Below are positions 44,871-60,274 of a stretch of 64,000 nt of DNA, piece by piece. The stretch is from the human T2T-CHM13v2.0 reference genome, Homo sapiens: the NCBI RefSeq assembly GCF_009914755.1, contig NC_060927.1, one strand, 5' to 3'. Both the position numbers and the translations under genes were made by a program. The notes beneath the pieces are model-generated. The model saw nothing but the letters and a program-made list of their open reading frames with translations. It was not told the origin of the DNA and did no database searches. Numbering within the stretch: the first letter of the stretch is position 1; each line of letters begins with the position of its first letter.

Positions 44871-46953
44871 AAACCAGGATGTGATCAAAAAACGATTGGA
44901 TATTGAAATAAACAAGAATTGTAACCAGAGTAACATTAAGAGAATAAAGTAAATAAGGTACTAAAATGCTGAGGGAATTAGAAGCAGTGATCAGGGAATT
45001 TGCAGATGTCTGCAATGAGGAAGCATTGCAACAACAAACTGATGGCAAACGCTACAATATAGTTCTAATTGTGTCCCTTGGAATTTCATTTTTTTTCTTT
45101 CTCAAGTATTCAGTGAATACAAATAATTTAATATGAATAACAATAATTTTCCTAATTTAAAACAATAGGCAAGAAGCTCTTTAGAGTTCTGGATTTCCTG
45201 TAGTTTAACAAAAGTCACAATAGGAGTAATTAAATCTATCTAATGAAAGAAGATATATTTGTAATTAAGGTAACCAGTTTACTTTCCTTTCAGAAACACT
45301 TTGATAATTACAATGAAATTGCTTAAAAATTGTATTGGTCTTAACTAAATTTTAGTTACTATAAAATAAGCATACAATCCCTGCAGATGCATAGAAATGA
45401 AAACAAAAGACTATCTGCAAGGAAGTAAGATCATATGCAAACATATTGGCAATTAGACCTTGCCTCTCCAAACGCCAGTTCTTTGTCCCCATAGCTAAGA
45501 AATCTACAACATTTAATGGTTGTGGAGCCTAGTGCAAATTCAGCTGGCAAAAGTGCATAAACAAGATGCAGCATTATACAAAGAATTAATGTGACTGTCA
45601 GCAAAATCATACAGGAGTTAGAAAACATTAAGCTATCATTTAGGGAAAATAGATTCTGATTTACGATGCCTATGTTCAGTGTTTCAACACACTTAGACTC
45701 TGTTTATATATCACTAAGACATTAGGTGATTTTAATTGACCAAGCAGCTGGTTTGACTAAATTTTGAACTGAAATGACTGAGTTTCTAAATTTGCTTAGT
45801 CACAGACTTCACAAAACCATAAATGGAAAAAGGATTATTTCTATCTCTATGTATTTAAGCAGCAGAAAGCCTTATGAAATCATATTAATATGATAAAGCA
45901 AGCAGAAGAGGCAAATCTGAGGCTTCTTGACATTTTTTGTGTCATGCAAAGACAGAAAAATAAGAATAGAACCTGGAAGCTTCAGGTCATGAGCACAGTA
46001 AAGCCTAGTTGACATAATTGAGACAGAATGGGATGTATTACCCCAGCCATGTAAATTGGTGCAAGGTCATGGTCAAACATGGATCATGTAGAGTCAAAGG
46101 ATATCAAGGATCTGGCTTTGCTGTTCCATTACATACCATGAAGCTGAAGTGTAATGCATTATTAAAAGTAAATATTATTTTATCAAGCTGGAAAGACTTT
46201 AGGATGAGAGCTTTTAGAGTATCCTTTCAAACTGTGGCTTTTTCAGGCTCCTTGACATTCTTGTGTTAACCTCTTTCATAGATTGCTTCTCTTAATAAAG
46301 AGTAGAGTAGCAATTCAGAGAAAAGTGATTAAACTCTGCTTTTAACTTACATATTTTAAACAGTTTTGTTGATACATAATTCTTATATCACATGGTTCAT
46401 CTATTTAAAGGTACAGTTAAATGATTTTTAGTATACTCAGAGTTGTGTTATAATCATAACAAATTAATTTCAAAATGTCACCCCCAAAACAAACTAGGTA
46501 CCCATTAGCAGTCTCTCACTATTCCTCCCAACCCTCAGCCCTAGACAACTACCAATCTACATTCTTTCTCTATAAGTTTGTATATTCTGGCCATTTCATA
46601 GAAATTCAGTCATAAATATGTGATTTTTTGTGTGTGTCAGGTTTCTTTAATATAGAATGATGTTTTCAAGTTTCATTCATGTTTTAGCATATATTAAAAT
46701 TTCATTCTGTTTTTTATTTTGTTTTGTTTTGGTTTGGTTTGGTTCTGTTTTTTTCCTTAATAATATTTTCTTGTATAGAGATTCCACATTTTATTCATTC
46801 CTTCATCAGTTCCTAGATATTTGTATTGTCTTCCACTGTTGCTTAACATGAACAATGCAGCTGTAAACATTTATCTAAAAGTTTTTGTTTGGAAATATGT
46901 TTTCATTTCACTTGAGTTTATATACCTAGCACTGGAATTGCTTTGTCCTGTGG

Positions 46954-47312
46954 TATCTTAGTTCATTCGGGGTGCTATAACAAAATATCATTCACCGAGT
47001 AGTTTATAAACAAGAGAAATTTATTTCTCACAGTTCAGGAGTCTAGGAAGTCCAATATCAAAGTGCTGGCACATTAGGTATCTGGTGAAAGCCTGTTTCC
47101 TGGTTGATAGACAGTGATTTTTCTATGAGTCCTCGCATGGTGAAAGGGGCAAGAACCCTGGGGCTTCTTATATAAGGTCAGTAATCCCATTTATGAGTAC
47201 TGAGCCCTCATGACCAGCCAAAATCCCCTCCTCAACTCCCTGCTAATGCCATCATGGTGGTGATTAGATTACAACACATGCATTTTGAAGGACATAACAT
47301 TCAGAACATTGC
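46954..47312 (-). mobile_element. MLT1A0-type LTR in L1MB
   Basis: TATCTTAGTTCATTCGGGGTGCTATAACAAAATA...AAATTTATTTCTCACAGTTC...AACATTCAGAACATTGC. Confidence 0.85.
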
Positions 47313-47687
47313 CTATGATAACTCTAAGTTTAACATTTTGAAGAATTGCAACAAGGTTTTTCAAATGGTTGCAACATTGAGTATTCTCACAGCTAACGTA
47401 TGAGGGTTCAGATACCATTACATCCTTGCCAGTACTTATCATTGTACAATATATTGCTTACAGGTACACTAAAAACTGTAAAGTGGTATTTCATTGTCAT
47501 CTTGACTGAATTTCTCTAACAAGCGATAATGTTGATCATCTTCTCATGTGCTTATTGACCATTTGTATATCTTGTTTGAAGAAATGTCTGTTCAATTTCT
47601 TTGCCTATTTCTTAATTGGATTATTTGTCTTTTTATTGTGGAGTTGTAAGAATTTGTTATATATTCTGGATACTACACTTATAGTCA

Positions 47688-49244
47688 CAGTTATGTCCCA
47701 CATAATGACTTTTTGGTCAACAATGGGTTGTACATATGATGGTGGTCCTATAAGACTGTAATGGAACTGAAAAATTCGTATCACCTAGTGACATAGCAAC
47801 CATTGTAACATCATAGATGGATGCATTGCTCACCAGTTTGTGATGATGCTGTTCACTGCCAATTATATAAAACAGGGGTCCCCAAGCCATGGGCTGCAGA
47901 CTGGTATAGATTCGTGGCCTGTTAGAAACTAGGCTGCACAGCAGGAGGTGAGCAGCGGGGTGAGCATTACCACCTGAGCTCCCTTCTTCCATCAGATCAG
48001 CAGTGGCATTAGATTCTCATGGAAGCATGAATGCTATTGTGAACTGCGCATATGAGGGAACTGGGTTGTGCACTCCTTATGAGAATGTAACTAATACCTG
48101 GTGATCTGAGGTGGAACAGTTTCATCCTGAAATCATCCCCACCCCAATCCCCACCTCCACCTCCATCCATGGAAAAATTTTCTTCCACTAAATTGGTCCC
48201 TGGTGCCAAAAAGTTTGGGGACTGCTGGTATAAATGTATAGCACATGAAATTATATATAGTGCATAATACTTGATAGTGATAACAAATGACTGTGTTACT
48301 GGTTTATGTATTTACTATACTATACATTTTATCATTATTTTAGAGAGTATTTCTTCTATTTATTAAAAAAAAGTTTACTGTAAAAGAACTCCAGGAGTAT
48401 CCTTCAGGAGATATCCCAGAAGAAGGCATTATCATCATAGAAGATGACAACTTCATGTGTGTTATTGCCCTGTATATCTTCTAGTGGGACAAGATGTAGA
48501 GGTAGAAGACAATAATATTGATCATCCTGACCTTGTGTAGGCCTAAACTAAAGTGTGTATTACTGTCTTAGTTTCTAACAAAATTGTTTAAATATAAAAA
48601 TAAATAATAATTTTTAAAATAACAAAATAAAAAATAAATATACAAGGAAGAAAATTGTTTCATACAGCTATACAATACATTTGTGTTTTAAGATAAGTGT
48701 TATTACAAAAGTCAAAAAGTTTTAAAAATTAAAAATTTTGTAATATGAAAAATTATAGTAACCTCAGGTTAATCTATTGTTGAAGAAATAAAGTAGTTTA
48801 ATAAACTTGGTATAGTCTGTGTAGAGTGCTTATCAAGTCTACAGTAACATATAGGAATGTCCTAGGCCTTCCTATTCACTCCCCACTCACTGACTCACTA
48901 GAGCAATTTCCAGTCCAGTAACCTCCATTCATGGTAAGTGTCGTATACTGGTGTACCATTTTTTAATGTTTTATATCTTATTTTTACTATACCATTCTTG
49001 CATTTAGATATGTTTAGTTACATAAATACTTATCATTGCATTACAATTGCCTACAGCATTCAGCACAGTAGCATGCTGTACAGGTTTGTAGCCTAGGAGC
49101 AATAGGCTATACCATATAGCCTAAGTGTGTAGTATGCTATACCATCAAGATTTGTGTAAGTACATTCTATTGTGTTTGCATGACAAAATCACCTAATTAC
49201 ACATTTCTCAGACTGTATTCTCCTCATTCAATGAAGCAAAACTG
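47688..49244. mobile_element. Tigger3b (Golem) non-autonomous DNA transposon
   Basis: Start CAGTTATGTCCCACATAATGAC...GGTGGTCCTATAAGA; CAGGTTTGTAGCCTAGGAGCAATAGGCTATACCATATAGCC; end ...AAACTG TA. Confidence 0.85.
47873..48227 (+). mobile_element. MER1B hAT-Charlie element nested in Tigger3b
   Basis: TIRs CAGGGGTCCCCAA / TTGGGGACTGCTG; 8-bp TSD ATATAAAA/GTATAAAT. Confidence 0.92.
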
Positions 49245-49539
49245 TATTTGATTTGAAAATATTTTATCCCGTTCTGTGAGTTGTTTTTACATTTTCTTTA
49301 TAGTGTTCTTTAAATTACGAAAGTTTTTATTTTAATTTTGATGAAGTCCAATTTATCTATTTGTTCTTTTGCTACTTATACTTTCTGTTTCATATCTAAG
49401 TAATTATTGCCTGATTCAAAGTCCCAATAATTAACTTTTGTGTTTCCATCTAAGAATTGTATACTTTAGTGTAAACTCATACACTTAGGTTTCGGATCCA
49501 TTTGGAGTGAATTTTTACATATGAGGTGAGGCAGAAACC

Positions 49540-49915
49540 TGATATTGTTTGGCTATGTCCCTACCCAAATCTCATCTTGAATTGTATTTCAAATTCTAAT
49601 CCCCACGTGTCGAGGGAGGAACCTGGTGGGAAGTGTTTGGATCATGGGGGAGGTTTTCACATGCTCTTCTCATGATAGTGAATGAGTTCTCACGAGATCT
49701 GGTTGTTTGATAACCGTCTGGTGCTTCCTCGTTCTCTCTCTCTCTCCTACCGCCTTTTAGATGTGCCTTGCTTCCACCTTGCCTTCTGCTATAACTGTAA
49801 GTTACCTGAGGCCTCCCTAGTCATGTGGACCTGTGAGTCAATTAAACTTTCTTTCTTTATAAATCACCCAGTCTCAGGTCATATCTTTACAGCAGTGCAG
49901 GAGTGGACTAGTACA
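49540..49915 (+). mobile_element. MSTA/THE1D solo LTR
   Basis: TGATATTGTTTGGCT...CCCAAATCTCATCTTGAATTGTA...GTGAGTCAATTAAAC...GGACTAGTACA; TSD AAACC/AAATC. Confidence 0.92.
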
Positions 49916-51041
49916 AAATCTAAGTTTAAAATTCTGCATGTGAATTTCCAATTGTCTCAGTACAATTTGTTGAAAAGCCAATTTAATTGTTTTATGAACA
50001 TTTTTTATTGAAAAACAATTCAATTCATCATAAAATGGATTTTTAAAATAGTATAAAATAGACTCTCAATTCTATGTCATTGATCTATAGATCTTTGAAA
50101 TAATAAAGTGTGAGTTCTTCAAATTTGTTCATATTCAAAATTGTTTTGGCTATTCTGGGATTTTGATTTTCCATAAGAATTTTAGGATCAGCTGATTAAT
50201 TTCTCTATGCCAGTCATATAGTAATTTAATAAGATTTTCAATTAATTTATAGACTAATTTGGAAACTATTGTCATCTTAACAAAATTAAGTATTTCCATC
50301 TATGAACATGTGATGTCTTTCCATTTGTTTAGGTGTTATTGAATCTCTTTCAAAAATGTTTTATAGTTTTCAGTGTACAAGTCTTACACTTCTTTGGTAA
50401 ATTTATTCTTAGGTATTTTATTCTATTTTATGCAAATAAAACAGAATTGTTTTCTTAATTTTATTTTCAAATTTTTTATTGTTGGTATATAAAAATACAA
50501 CTAATTTTTTAGATATTTACTTTGAGGCAGCGATCTTTCTGAACCCATTTATTAGCTGTAATATTTTTAGTGGGTTGATTAGTATTTTCTATATACATCA
50601 TTATGCCATCTGTAAAGAGAGATCGTTTTACTTCTTCCTTTCCAATCTGATGGCTTTTTTTTACTTTTCTTGCTTAATTGCTGAGGCTGGAAGCTCTAAT
50701 ACAATGTTGAATACAATGGCAAGAACAGAAATCACTATCTTTTTTCAAATCTTAGGTGAAAACATCCAATCTTTTTTTTTTTTGTAAATGGCCTTTATTA
50801 GGTAGAGAAATTTATCTCTCTTCTAGTTTATTGGGTCCTTTTTTGTTTTTTAATTATAAAAAGTGTTAGAATCTGTCACTTGCTTTTTGTGTATCTGTCT
50901 ATACAATCATATTGTTTTTGTTCCTTTGTTTATATAGTGTACAACATTGATGAGTGTTGGATGTTAAATTAATCCTGCATTCCTGGGATAAATTCAATTT
51001 GATCATTATATATGATTCTTTTTAATGTGTAGTTTCTGTTT

Positions 51042-51542
51042 TGAAGGAGTTAAGAACATGCCATTCAAAATACACTACTTTGTCAGATTGACTATTTTGA
51101 GTTAAAGGCAGCTTGGAAAACAGCAGGTACAAGAAAATTACTCTGACCTTTCTTCAGTTTCTTAACCGCAAAATATGGAATTTTCGTGTGAAAGATGACT
51201 TTCCTATACTAGAAGGAAGGTAGCATTTTTATCATCAAGGACAGAAAGTTAAGACTGACAGAATTCTATACAGACCTTGTTAAAATAAGTCTTACCTTCA
51301 TTTAGCCTCACTACATAATTTAGTTATGTTCTCACAACTTAATACTCTGTCCAATTCAGTATGTATGTGTTCAACTCTGTGTCTTGAATCTTCATTTCTT
51401 TATGTAGGTTTCCATGCCACATAAAATTTATCTTAAATAAATTTGTATGTTTTTCTTCTGTTTATTTGTCTCATGGTAATTTAATTCTCAAGCCCAGCTG
51501 AAAAAACCCCAAAAGAGTAGAGATGAATTTTCATTCCCCTAA
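51042..51542 (+). mobile_element. MER34-family ERV1 LTR
   Basis: TGAAGGAGTTAAGAACATGCCA...TATTTTGAGTTAAAGGCA...TTAAATAAATTTGTATG. Confidence 0.75.
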
Positions 51543-54067
51543 TTCTATCTATGTACCATTTTAATGGAAGAAGACCTGAAACCTAGAGCTTCTATTCCAA
51601 CAAACAACAATCTAGGAAATGTTAAAAATGTTTCCCTCTTGGCTACAAACACGAAGTAAGGATACCTTAGAAGATAAAATAAGTAGACTCAGGGGAAGGT
51701 TAGATAGGCCTGAAGAGATTAGTAGGGAAGACAAATAGAAAAAGAGAAGAAGACCTAAAGAAACTCTGTGTTAAGAGAGAAACTAAATAGGTTTAGTTTT
51801 ATTAAGTAAATCACATGTAATTGCTGACATTTGACCCTTTGACCTACAAAAACAATAATTCCATTTAGTTCAACCTATACTTTCCTTCCAAAGTTCTGAA
51901 AAAAATGGATCAATCCCTTTTATAACTTATTAGTAAATAAAGATAGAACAAATGAAATTGCCCTACTAAGAGTGATACAATTTTATATCTTGTTGCCCAC
52001 ATTTATTTAACCCTGAGGATAATAATCAACATAACCTAATTTTAAAAATATAAGTTTTTTTTAAAGCACATTTTGTCCTAAAGTTTTATTTCAAATGGCA
52101 TTTTTGTTTTTTCATTTCTTTGGATGAAAGTTTTTGAATTTCCTCAAATTTTTATAATTATGATAATCCTTTGTTCTGATTACTATTATCATTAGGATTA
52201 TCATTGTTAGCAGTTCAAGTAGTGATCATCATTTTTCTCATCACTGTCAGTGTCATCATGGTCATAATAGTAGTATTTTCCCTTTTGCAAGGAAGGCATC
52301 CAACAGGTATAACAGTAAAACAAAGAGATTCATCTTAACTATGCCTACTAAGTTGTTATATGCACTTTACGCTATGACTTTAACCTCTCAGTTGCTTTGC
52401 TTCTTTAACTACAAAGCGTGGATTGTGGCAGTTTTACAAGGTTACCAGAAAGGTTAATGTCTGCAACTTTTAAAGCTTCTTTTGTTAGAGGTTCAGAGAA
52501 GGAAAAGTATTATTCTACGTTGTTTGGTACCTTCTGTCACAAGGCTAAGCTATGAATATAGAATATGATTAAAACATATCGTTTTTCTCTTTATTTGTCA
52601 AATGCCATCTTATTGAATAAATACATTGAATACCTAAGTAGGCATTTACTTAAAAATTCCATCAGATTCAGCCTCTTTCTGACTGTTCCGATTTCATTTG
52701 TTAAAAAAAAAATGCATTTTTAGTATGTCTGGGCTGCAAAATACTGAATAAAATTACCATGAAAAATAAGTACTGTCTGCATTAGATTGATGAAGTAATT
52801 GATTGATTGCAGTGAGCTTAAAATATCTTCTGATGAGCATATACTTACGGTAATCATAAAAACAAAATTTGAAAAAGAAATTTGGAGCTGACATTAAATT
52901 TTAATTAAAAAAAATTAGAAATGTAACAAACAGCTATTTCTACCACTAGAATAGAGCAAGTGACACTTTGACTTACTCTCTAGGTAACTTAAAAAGAATG
53001 TTTAACTGAACCCAAGCCAGTTTCATGTTACAACAAACATTTTCTTGGCGGGGAGTTGAAAGTATCTTTGGTTCTTTGATGATTCTGAAGAGTTTTCAAA
53101 AGGAGTTGTGAATCTCCTCAGGTACTAAAACCAGATTTTTCTTTCTATAAAATGGAAACTTGTAAAGTTCACTTCAATATTTTTTTTTCACCTAAATGTC
53201 CACATACTTGAGAATGTTTAAAGGCATTATGGTGTATTCATCTAATTAAACATAAGCATTAAAAATCACATTTTTATGAAAGCATGTAAAGTTTCAATAG
53301 AAACTATCATTATAGAATAAGTGGGAAGAGAAACGTATGTGTATTATAAGATTCAAATTCTGTTATTAGGTTGTATATACTGAAATCTATATCTATCTAT
53401 AATCAGAAAAGATACAATGATCTGTTAATTGTGTTTATCATCTGGTAGTATAAATGGAGGTTCTTTAATTTATATATTTTATTTGCCATATTTTATACAC
53501 TAAAAATTTAAAATTATAACTACTAATAACTGGTAAATTACATATGGATGTATATAATTTTATAAAATTACTAACATGTGAGTATAATTATCTACACTAA
53601 ACTCCTGTAGAATTCGACCAGAGGGAGGGAGATAGGTTAATTCTAGTGAGAAAATCAGTAAGCATGGAAGGTAGAGTTCACTCCTTCCAGAACTGAGCAG
53701 CTGGGAGCTTCATGGGTTAGCACTATGGTTGCTGTGAGTACACGGTGTGGCCATAATTAGAAGTTCTGGTAGAGACAAAGGTCATTAAGAAAATAAAATT
53801 ATCTGGGAAAAATCAGCAATGGCAAGAATGTGAAGGTTTCTGTGGAATGAGATGCTCCAGTGAGTTTAGGGAACAACTAAAAAATTAAGGAAAAAGTAGT
53901 AAAGAACTGGGGTATGTCTCTTTATTCCATTTTAATGTTCTTTAGGAATGAAAGCAAAGGATTTGACTGACTTTAATATTGCCTTGAAGACAGGCCTATG
54001 TTTTTGTAAATGTAACCCTGCTCTGAAACTGTAACACCCAGATCTTCAAGTTCCATGGGTGTGATGA

Positions 54068-54448
<381 letters not shown>

Positions 54449-54819
54449 TAAAATACATTTTAAACACTTTGTGTAGTGAAGAGATCTTACAAAGATTTTT
54501 CCTAAGTCAAACAGTTCATCAAATGCTTCATTTCAAGGCTACCTTTATCCCTGAAAGCCACGGCCATTTCCCAGTTCCCTACCACAGACTCCAAGTCCCC
54601 TTTTGGTCCTAATGAATGGCATCCCCCTCCACACTCTCTGGTAGGTGGGTAAGCAATAGAGGATATCTCAGAAAAAGAGACTTGTAAGAGCACATTTCCA
54701 GCCCAAAGGAAGTATGATATATTTTGGTGGGAAAAAAAAATAATCAGAGATTTTTAACACACAATTCTGGAAGAAGAAAATGGTATCCACGATGATCTTG
54801 CAATAAAAATACATGTTCA

Positions 54820-55122
54820 GTCCGGGTGTGGTGGCTCACGCCTGTAATCCAAGCACTTTGGGAGGCCAAGGTGGGTGGATTGCCTGAGGTCAGGAGTTCT
54901 GGATCAACCTGACCAATATGGTGAAACCCCGCCTCTACTAAATATGCAAAAATTAGATGGGCGTGGTGGCGGGCGCCTATAGTCCCAGGTACTCGGGAGG
55001 CTGAAGCAGGAGAATTCCTTGAACCTGGGAGGCAGAGGTTGCAGTGAGCCGAGATCGAGCCATCCACTCCAGCCTGGGCGACACTCTGTCTCAAAAACAA
55101 CAACAACAACAACAACAACAAC
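54820..55122 (+). mobile_element. AluS with (CAA)n tail
   Basis: Full-length; TSD approximately AAAA(T/A)ACATGTTCAGT. Confidence 0.96.
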
Positions 55123-56779
55123 AAAAACATGTTCAGTGAGCAGTTTACCATGTGAAAAACACAATTATGTGTTTTAGGAAATTTAATAATATGTAAGAGA
55201 TGGTTGTCAAGGTTTTCAAAAACCACTGGGAGAGCAAACAAATAATCTTAAAAAAAAAGGAGTACAGTACATTAAGTGCTTTTTTGCTGAATAAGGAGCA
55301 TGACGTAGTGGGTGCTAGAGGATTCTGATGATCATCCAAATTTGTGAAACACGAATGTAGGTGAAGAAGAGCTAGAAAAGCATTTTAAAAGAGAAACATC
55401 ACGTTCAAATGTACATATTAAAAGATGAATTACAGTAATCTGGAGAATAATCTGGAAAGAAATGAAATTTTGATCATTCTCTTTAACCTATATTATAGTC
55501 TCATATTTTAAACACTTAAACATCCTTTAACATGCATCAAACAAGGTTGGCTTAAAAAAAAAAACAAAACCTTGTGGCTTTAATTTTCATCTGCCAACTT
55601 TGGTGAGTCTTTTACTCTCTCTAAGCCTTCAGAACCTCATTTATAAAATAAGATGGGTAATCTTAGCAACCATTAAAATATGTTTCAGGCTTCAAGTTCT
55701 CTGAAATAACAAAACTAAATGGTTATGTGAAGTACTAAAGGTATGTTTTCATAGGCTGTCTGCCTCTTCATTTAGGAGAAGAAAAAAAGCATTTGCCATT
55801 TCTGTTTAGACATACACTAAACATATATTCAAAAATCTGAAGGATGTATTTTGGTTTCTTCTCATTTTTTTTTCTGATCTGCAGCAATATGAGATTGTAT
55901 GCAATGAATTGAGGGGAAATGGAATAATAAAAATTTTGAGACTTCTCTTCAGTCTGAGGATGCTCAATACCTTAGTTGCCATAAAGGTTAATGAGGATGT
56001 CAAGTTACTCTGAGGTTCAACCCCCAAAGGACATCCTCGGTTCTGCCAAAAAGCAAAAGGTATGCATGATAATAAGCATCTCTGAGGAAAATAAAACACT
56101 GATGATGGCATGACTCAATTATGTGCAGAATAATGATAAGCCTTGCATCCTCTATACTTTCCTAATTGGATAACAGTGCAATCCTGTGTACTACAAATAG
56201 TGTAGAGCACTCATTAAGAAGGAGAGAAAAACACAAGTGATCTTGTCTTAGTTATCACTCAAATGTGAATTCAGAAAGAAGAGGCTATGTCAAATACAAA
56301 TTGCTTTACATATTTTTTTCATAAAGGTTTCTCTCATTTGGATTAGCTGCTGGAACTGAAATAAGTTTAATTAATTCAATGTATCATACTAAATTGTAAA
56401 AACGAGTAAAACTACGGGAAAAAAAGGAACAAGTATCTTTCTTAACCATAGACATCTATGTGTAAGGTGGGACTTTGAAATGCAGGAACAACAGTGATTT
56501 TTAACTTTTTCCAGAAACCTAGAATTCTATCTATACATGAAATTTCTGGTAAAGGGGTCACCCAAATTTTCATTCATATATGTTTTTCTACCTTACTTCA
56601 TTTGCTGGCAACTCTTCTGACAATAATAGCCTTTCTAGTCAACAAAATGATTGTTAAGAGGAATCACTTGCTCATGTGTTTTTTGCCTATGAGAGAACAG
56701 GGGGTACAGGAGAATTAGAATAATAAACCATCATTGTTTGTAAACCTTAGGAAATTATCAAGCATTGTCTGGAAATAAA

Positions 56780-56862
56780 AACAAAAAATAGAAAGGAAAA
56801 GGAAGAAAAAGAAAAGAAAGAAAAGGAAAGGAGAGAACAGAAAAGGAAGGGGCAAGGGAAGG
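56780..56862 (+). repeat. GA-rich low complexity (GAAAA)n
   Basis: Visible directly in the sequence. Confidence 0.85.
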
Positions 56863-57870
56863 AGTTATGACCCACTAAGGAGAGACAAAAACTGCTGGGT
56901 CTAGACATGTGACCAAAAGATAAATAATTAAAAGTTTTGAAGCAATTGTATTGATCATAAAACTAGGTCTTCCTGAAAGAAATCTTAGAGGAATAGCAAT
57001 AGCAATAGCTAATGCTCAACTTGATCTACCAAAGAATTTTTTTTCTAGTGGAAATATACTCTTATTAGCATTCAAGTTCTAGGAAATAGATCCTATTTTT
57101 CATTGATCTATTTATTTTCAAAGATTGATAAAATAGCATTGAAAATGAGAAATGTTTATTCTCCGTCTTTGGTAAACCCTACTCTACACATATCCTAATC
57201 GTAAGCCACATGGTGTAGACAGCAAAGTGTCTCTAGATTCAGGTCTGCCCTGGCATTTGTTTTCAAGGCGAGAAGGTTCCAGAGAGAAGAGATACATTCT
57301 TATTTATTCTTAAGTCTCTGACTTGAATTTTATCAGGTCTTTGTTATCAAATTTTCCAAAAATAGAATAAGCATTACTCACAGAGTCCTCCTGCCCTGTA
57401 GTAAAAGCCCCAACTAGTTTTATTGGTTTATTATTCCTCAAAAGTCTGAAAATTATTCATGACAAAAACTTACTTGGTATTATCAAAGTCATATGTGTAG
57501 AGAAGAGTCCGTAAGTTTCTAGGTAAAGTTGTTCCCTCACCCTAATATGTAAGTGGATATAATGATGACTTAATTACTTTTAGAAGTAAGTTTACAACAA
57601 AGCCTTAACCTAGACTCTATTGTTTGGGTGCGGGATGAGATTTCATACACTACTAAGTAACTTCAGAATAGTTTTCACTACCCTGACACAGTATAGTATA
57701 AAGTGTGTGATCCTAAACTGAATATCACCATTATAGTTACTCTTTTGCTGAGAATAATTTCATTTTCTTATCCAAACACACTACTACCTATCTCCATAAC
57801 ATATTCTTCTGTGTCATTAGTCTCCTTTTAACCCATTCCATTCTAGAAGCAGAATATCAGGGAGAGGTAG

Positions 57871-58260
<390 letters not shown>

Positions 58261-58904
58261 CTATCATTAGTTCATCCATAATGCTTAAGTTTCCATCTTG
58301 TTTGTAGAATTATTTGGCATCGTGACTAGAATTTGCAAGGCATTCTGGGGATGTAGTTTTTCTGGACTACTTGTGACTCTCAAAGAATTTAATATTTAGT
58401 TCCTTTTAGAAGATGGGGAGAATGAATATTGGGGAGGTAAGCAGCACTATCTGCTATCATAGGTACAATAAAACAAAAATATTTAACATTTACATAGGCA
58501 CAAACCCACACACATATGTATAATTAATTGTTGAAGTTCTTTTTTTTAATTTTTCTCCTCTTGGCCCCATAACTGAGGCTGCAAAAAGCACTTCTTCAAG
58601 AAAAATCAAAAAACTTTTAAATATGAATATGTAGTATTCAGTTTGCATTTGTGAAAGTATAAACTAAACAAAAAGCTTGTTTCCTTTTAATTAAACCAAT
58701 ATTTTTCTAAAAATTACTGTGTAAAACATGGTGCTAAGGACGATTAGGAATCATGAGATTAATTAGATAACATGCCTGCCCTTTAGGGGCTCATAATCTA
58801 GAGATGGGATCAGACTCAAAGTATTTGTTCGATTTGTGATCTTTATAGAATTCCAACTTCTAAAACTGATTTCTAAAATTAATTTATCTCATATCTCTTA
58901 AGAT

Positions 58905-59625
58905 TTTATTTTTTATTTTTATAGATACATAATAGTTGCACATATTTGTAGAGTACATGTGATATTTTGATACCAGCATACAATATGTGATGGTTAAATC
59001 AGGGGAATCGGTATATCCATTACCTAAAATATTTATTATTTCTTTGTATTAGCAAGATTAGAATTCCACTTTTCTAGTAATTTTGAAATACACAATAAAT
59101 TAGTGTTACTGTGGTTACCATATTGTGCTACTGAGTACTAGATCTTATTCCTTCTGTGTAACTGTACTTTTATACCCACTAACAAACTTCTCTTTTTCCC
59201 CCCTCTCCACTATCCTTCCAATCCTTTAGTAACTATCATTCCACTCTCTATGTTTATGAAATCAATTTTTTAGCTCTCACATAAAAGTGAGAACATGTAA
59301 TATTTTTCTTACTGTGCCTGGCTTATTTCACTTAACATAATGTCCTCTAGTTCCATCCAAATTGTTGCAAATGACAGGATGTAATACTTCCTTATGGCTG
59401 AGTAATAATCAATTGTGTAAATGTACATTTTCTTTATCCATTCATTTATTGATGAGCACTTAGGTTGATTTCATATCTTGGCTATTGTGAATAGGGACAC
59501 AATAAACATGAGATATCCAGTTTTCCTAGCACCATTTATTGAATAGGCTGTCCTTTCTCTAATGTATTTTCTTGGTACCTTTTGTTGAAAATCAATTGAC
59601 TGCAAATGCGTAGATATATTTCTGT
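58905..59625 (-). mobile_element. L1MA-type 3' end with internal deletion
   Basis: GATACATAATAGTTG...TTTTTAGCTCTCACATAAAAGTGAGAACATG...; jumps at AAACATGAGATATCCAGTTTTCC to a more 5' L1 segment. Confidence 0.88.
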
Positions 59626-60274
59626 GTAGTTTATACAACATCTTAAGAGATGTTTCCCCAAAAAATGTTTCAAATGCTTATAGGCTTCTGTAATCCTCAG
59701 AACATTTCAAATGACTGTCCTGAAAATGATATAAATATTTTATTTCTTAAAAAATTATGACAGTCTGAACCACTGAAAATTATAAGATTTTCCCCCTACC
59801 TTCTCCCTTCTTTACATATACCTTTATTCTTCTCTGAGCGAATTGAATGATATGACTATATCATTCCTACAAACACATCAGTCAGCTTCACTTTGAGTGA
59901 ATATGTGGAAGATGTGCACACCCTACAGACACTGATGAAAAGGTATCTTGCTAGTATTTGTGGTTATTGTGACACACATTAAAGTGTGTTAGTCCTACGC
60001 CATCTCTTATTAGTAAATCTATTTTACTTTTCCTTCTATTGCATTCCATCAACTGTTTATCATGATAATTTTGTATTACAGTTATTTGTATAGCTTTCTC
60101 AAATTCATTTTAGAATGATGCAAGAAAGGGCATGAAACAGAAAGAATGAACAAAGGAGATAAAGTGATAGAATATTTTGTGGGTTTTAACATCCTACATG
60201 TCACTAAGAGAAGTGCTCATCATTGATGTTATTCCTCATCATTAGTGTTATTCTGTCTTACTTTTAACTACAGG

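Larger units (their letters stand above)
46350..51030 (-). mobile_element. L1MB-type element hosting several nested insertions
   Basis: 3' end TTTTAGTATACTCAGAGTTGTG...CCCATTAGCAGTC...CAGCCCTAGACAAC; ORF2 TTTTGATGAAGTCCAATTTATCTAT, AGTTTTCAGTGTACAAGTCTT. Confidence 0.88.

Noticed and set aside
54744-55241. 165-aa ORF with poly-Leu, and other ORFs containing LECSG/SAHCNL/PASAS
   Set aside because: Antisense Alu translations; the poly-Leu comes from the (CAA)n tail
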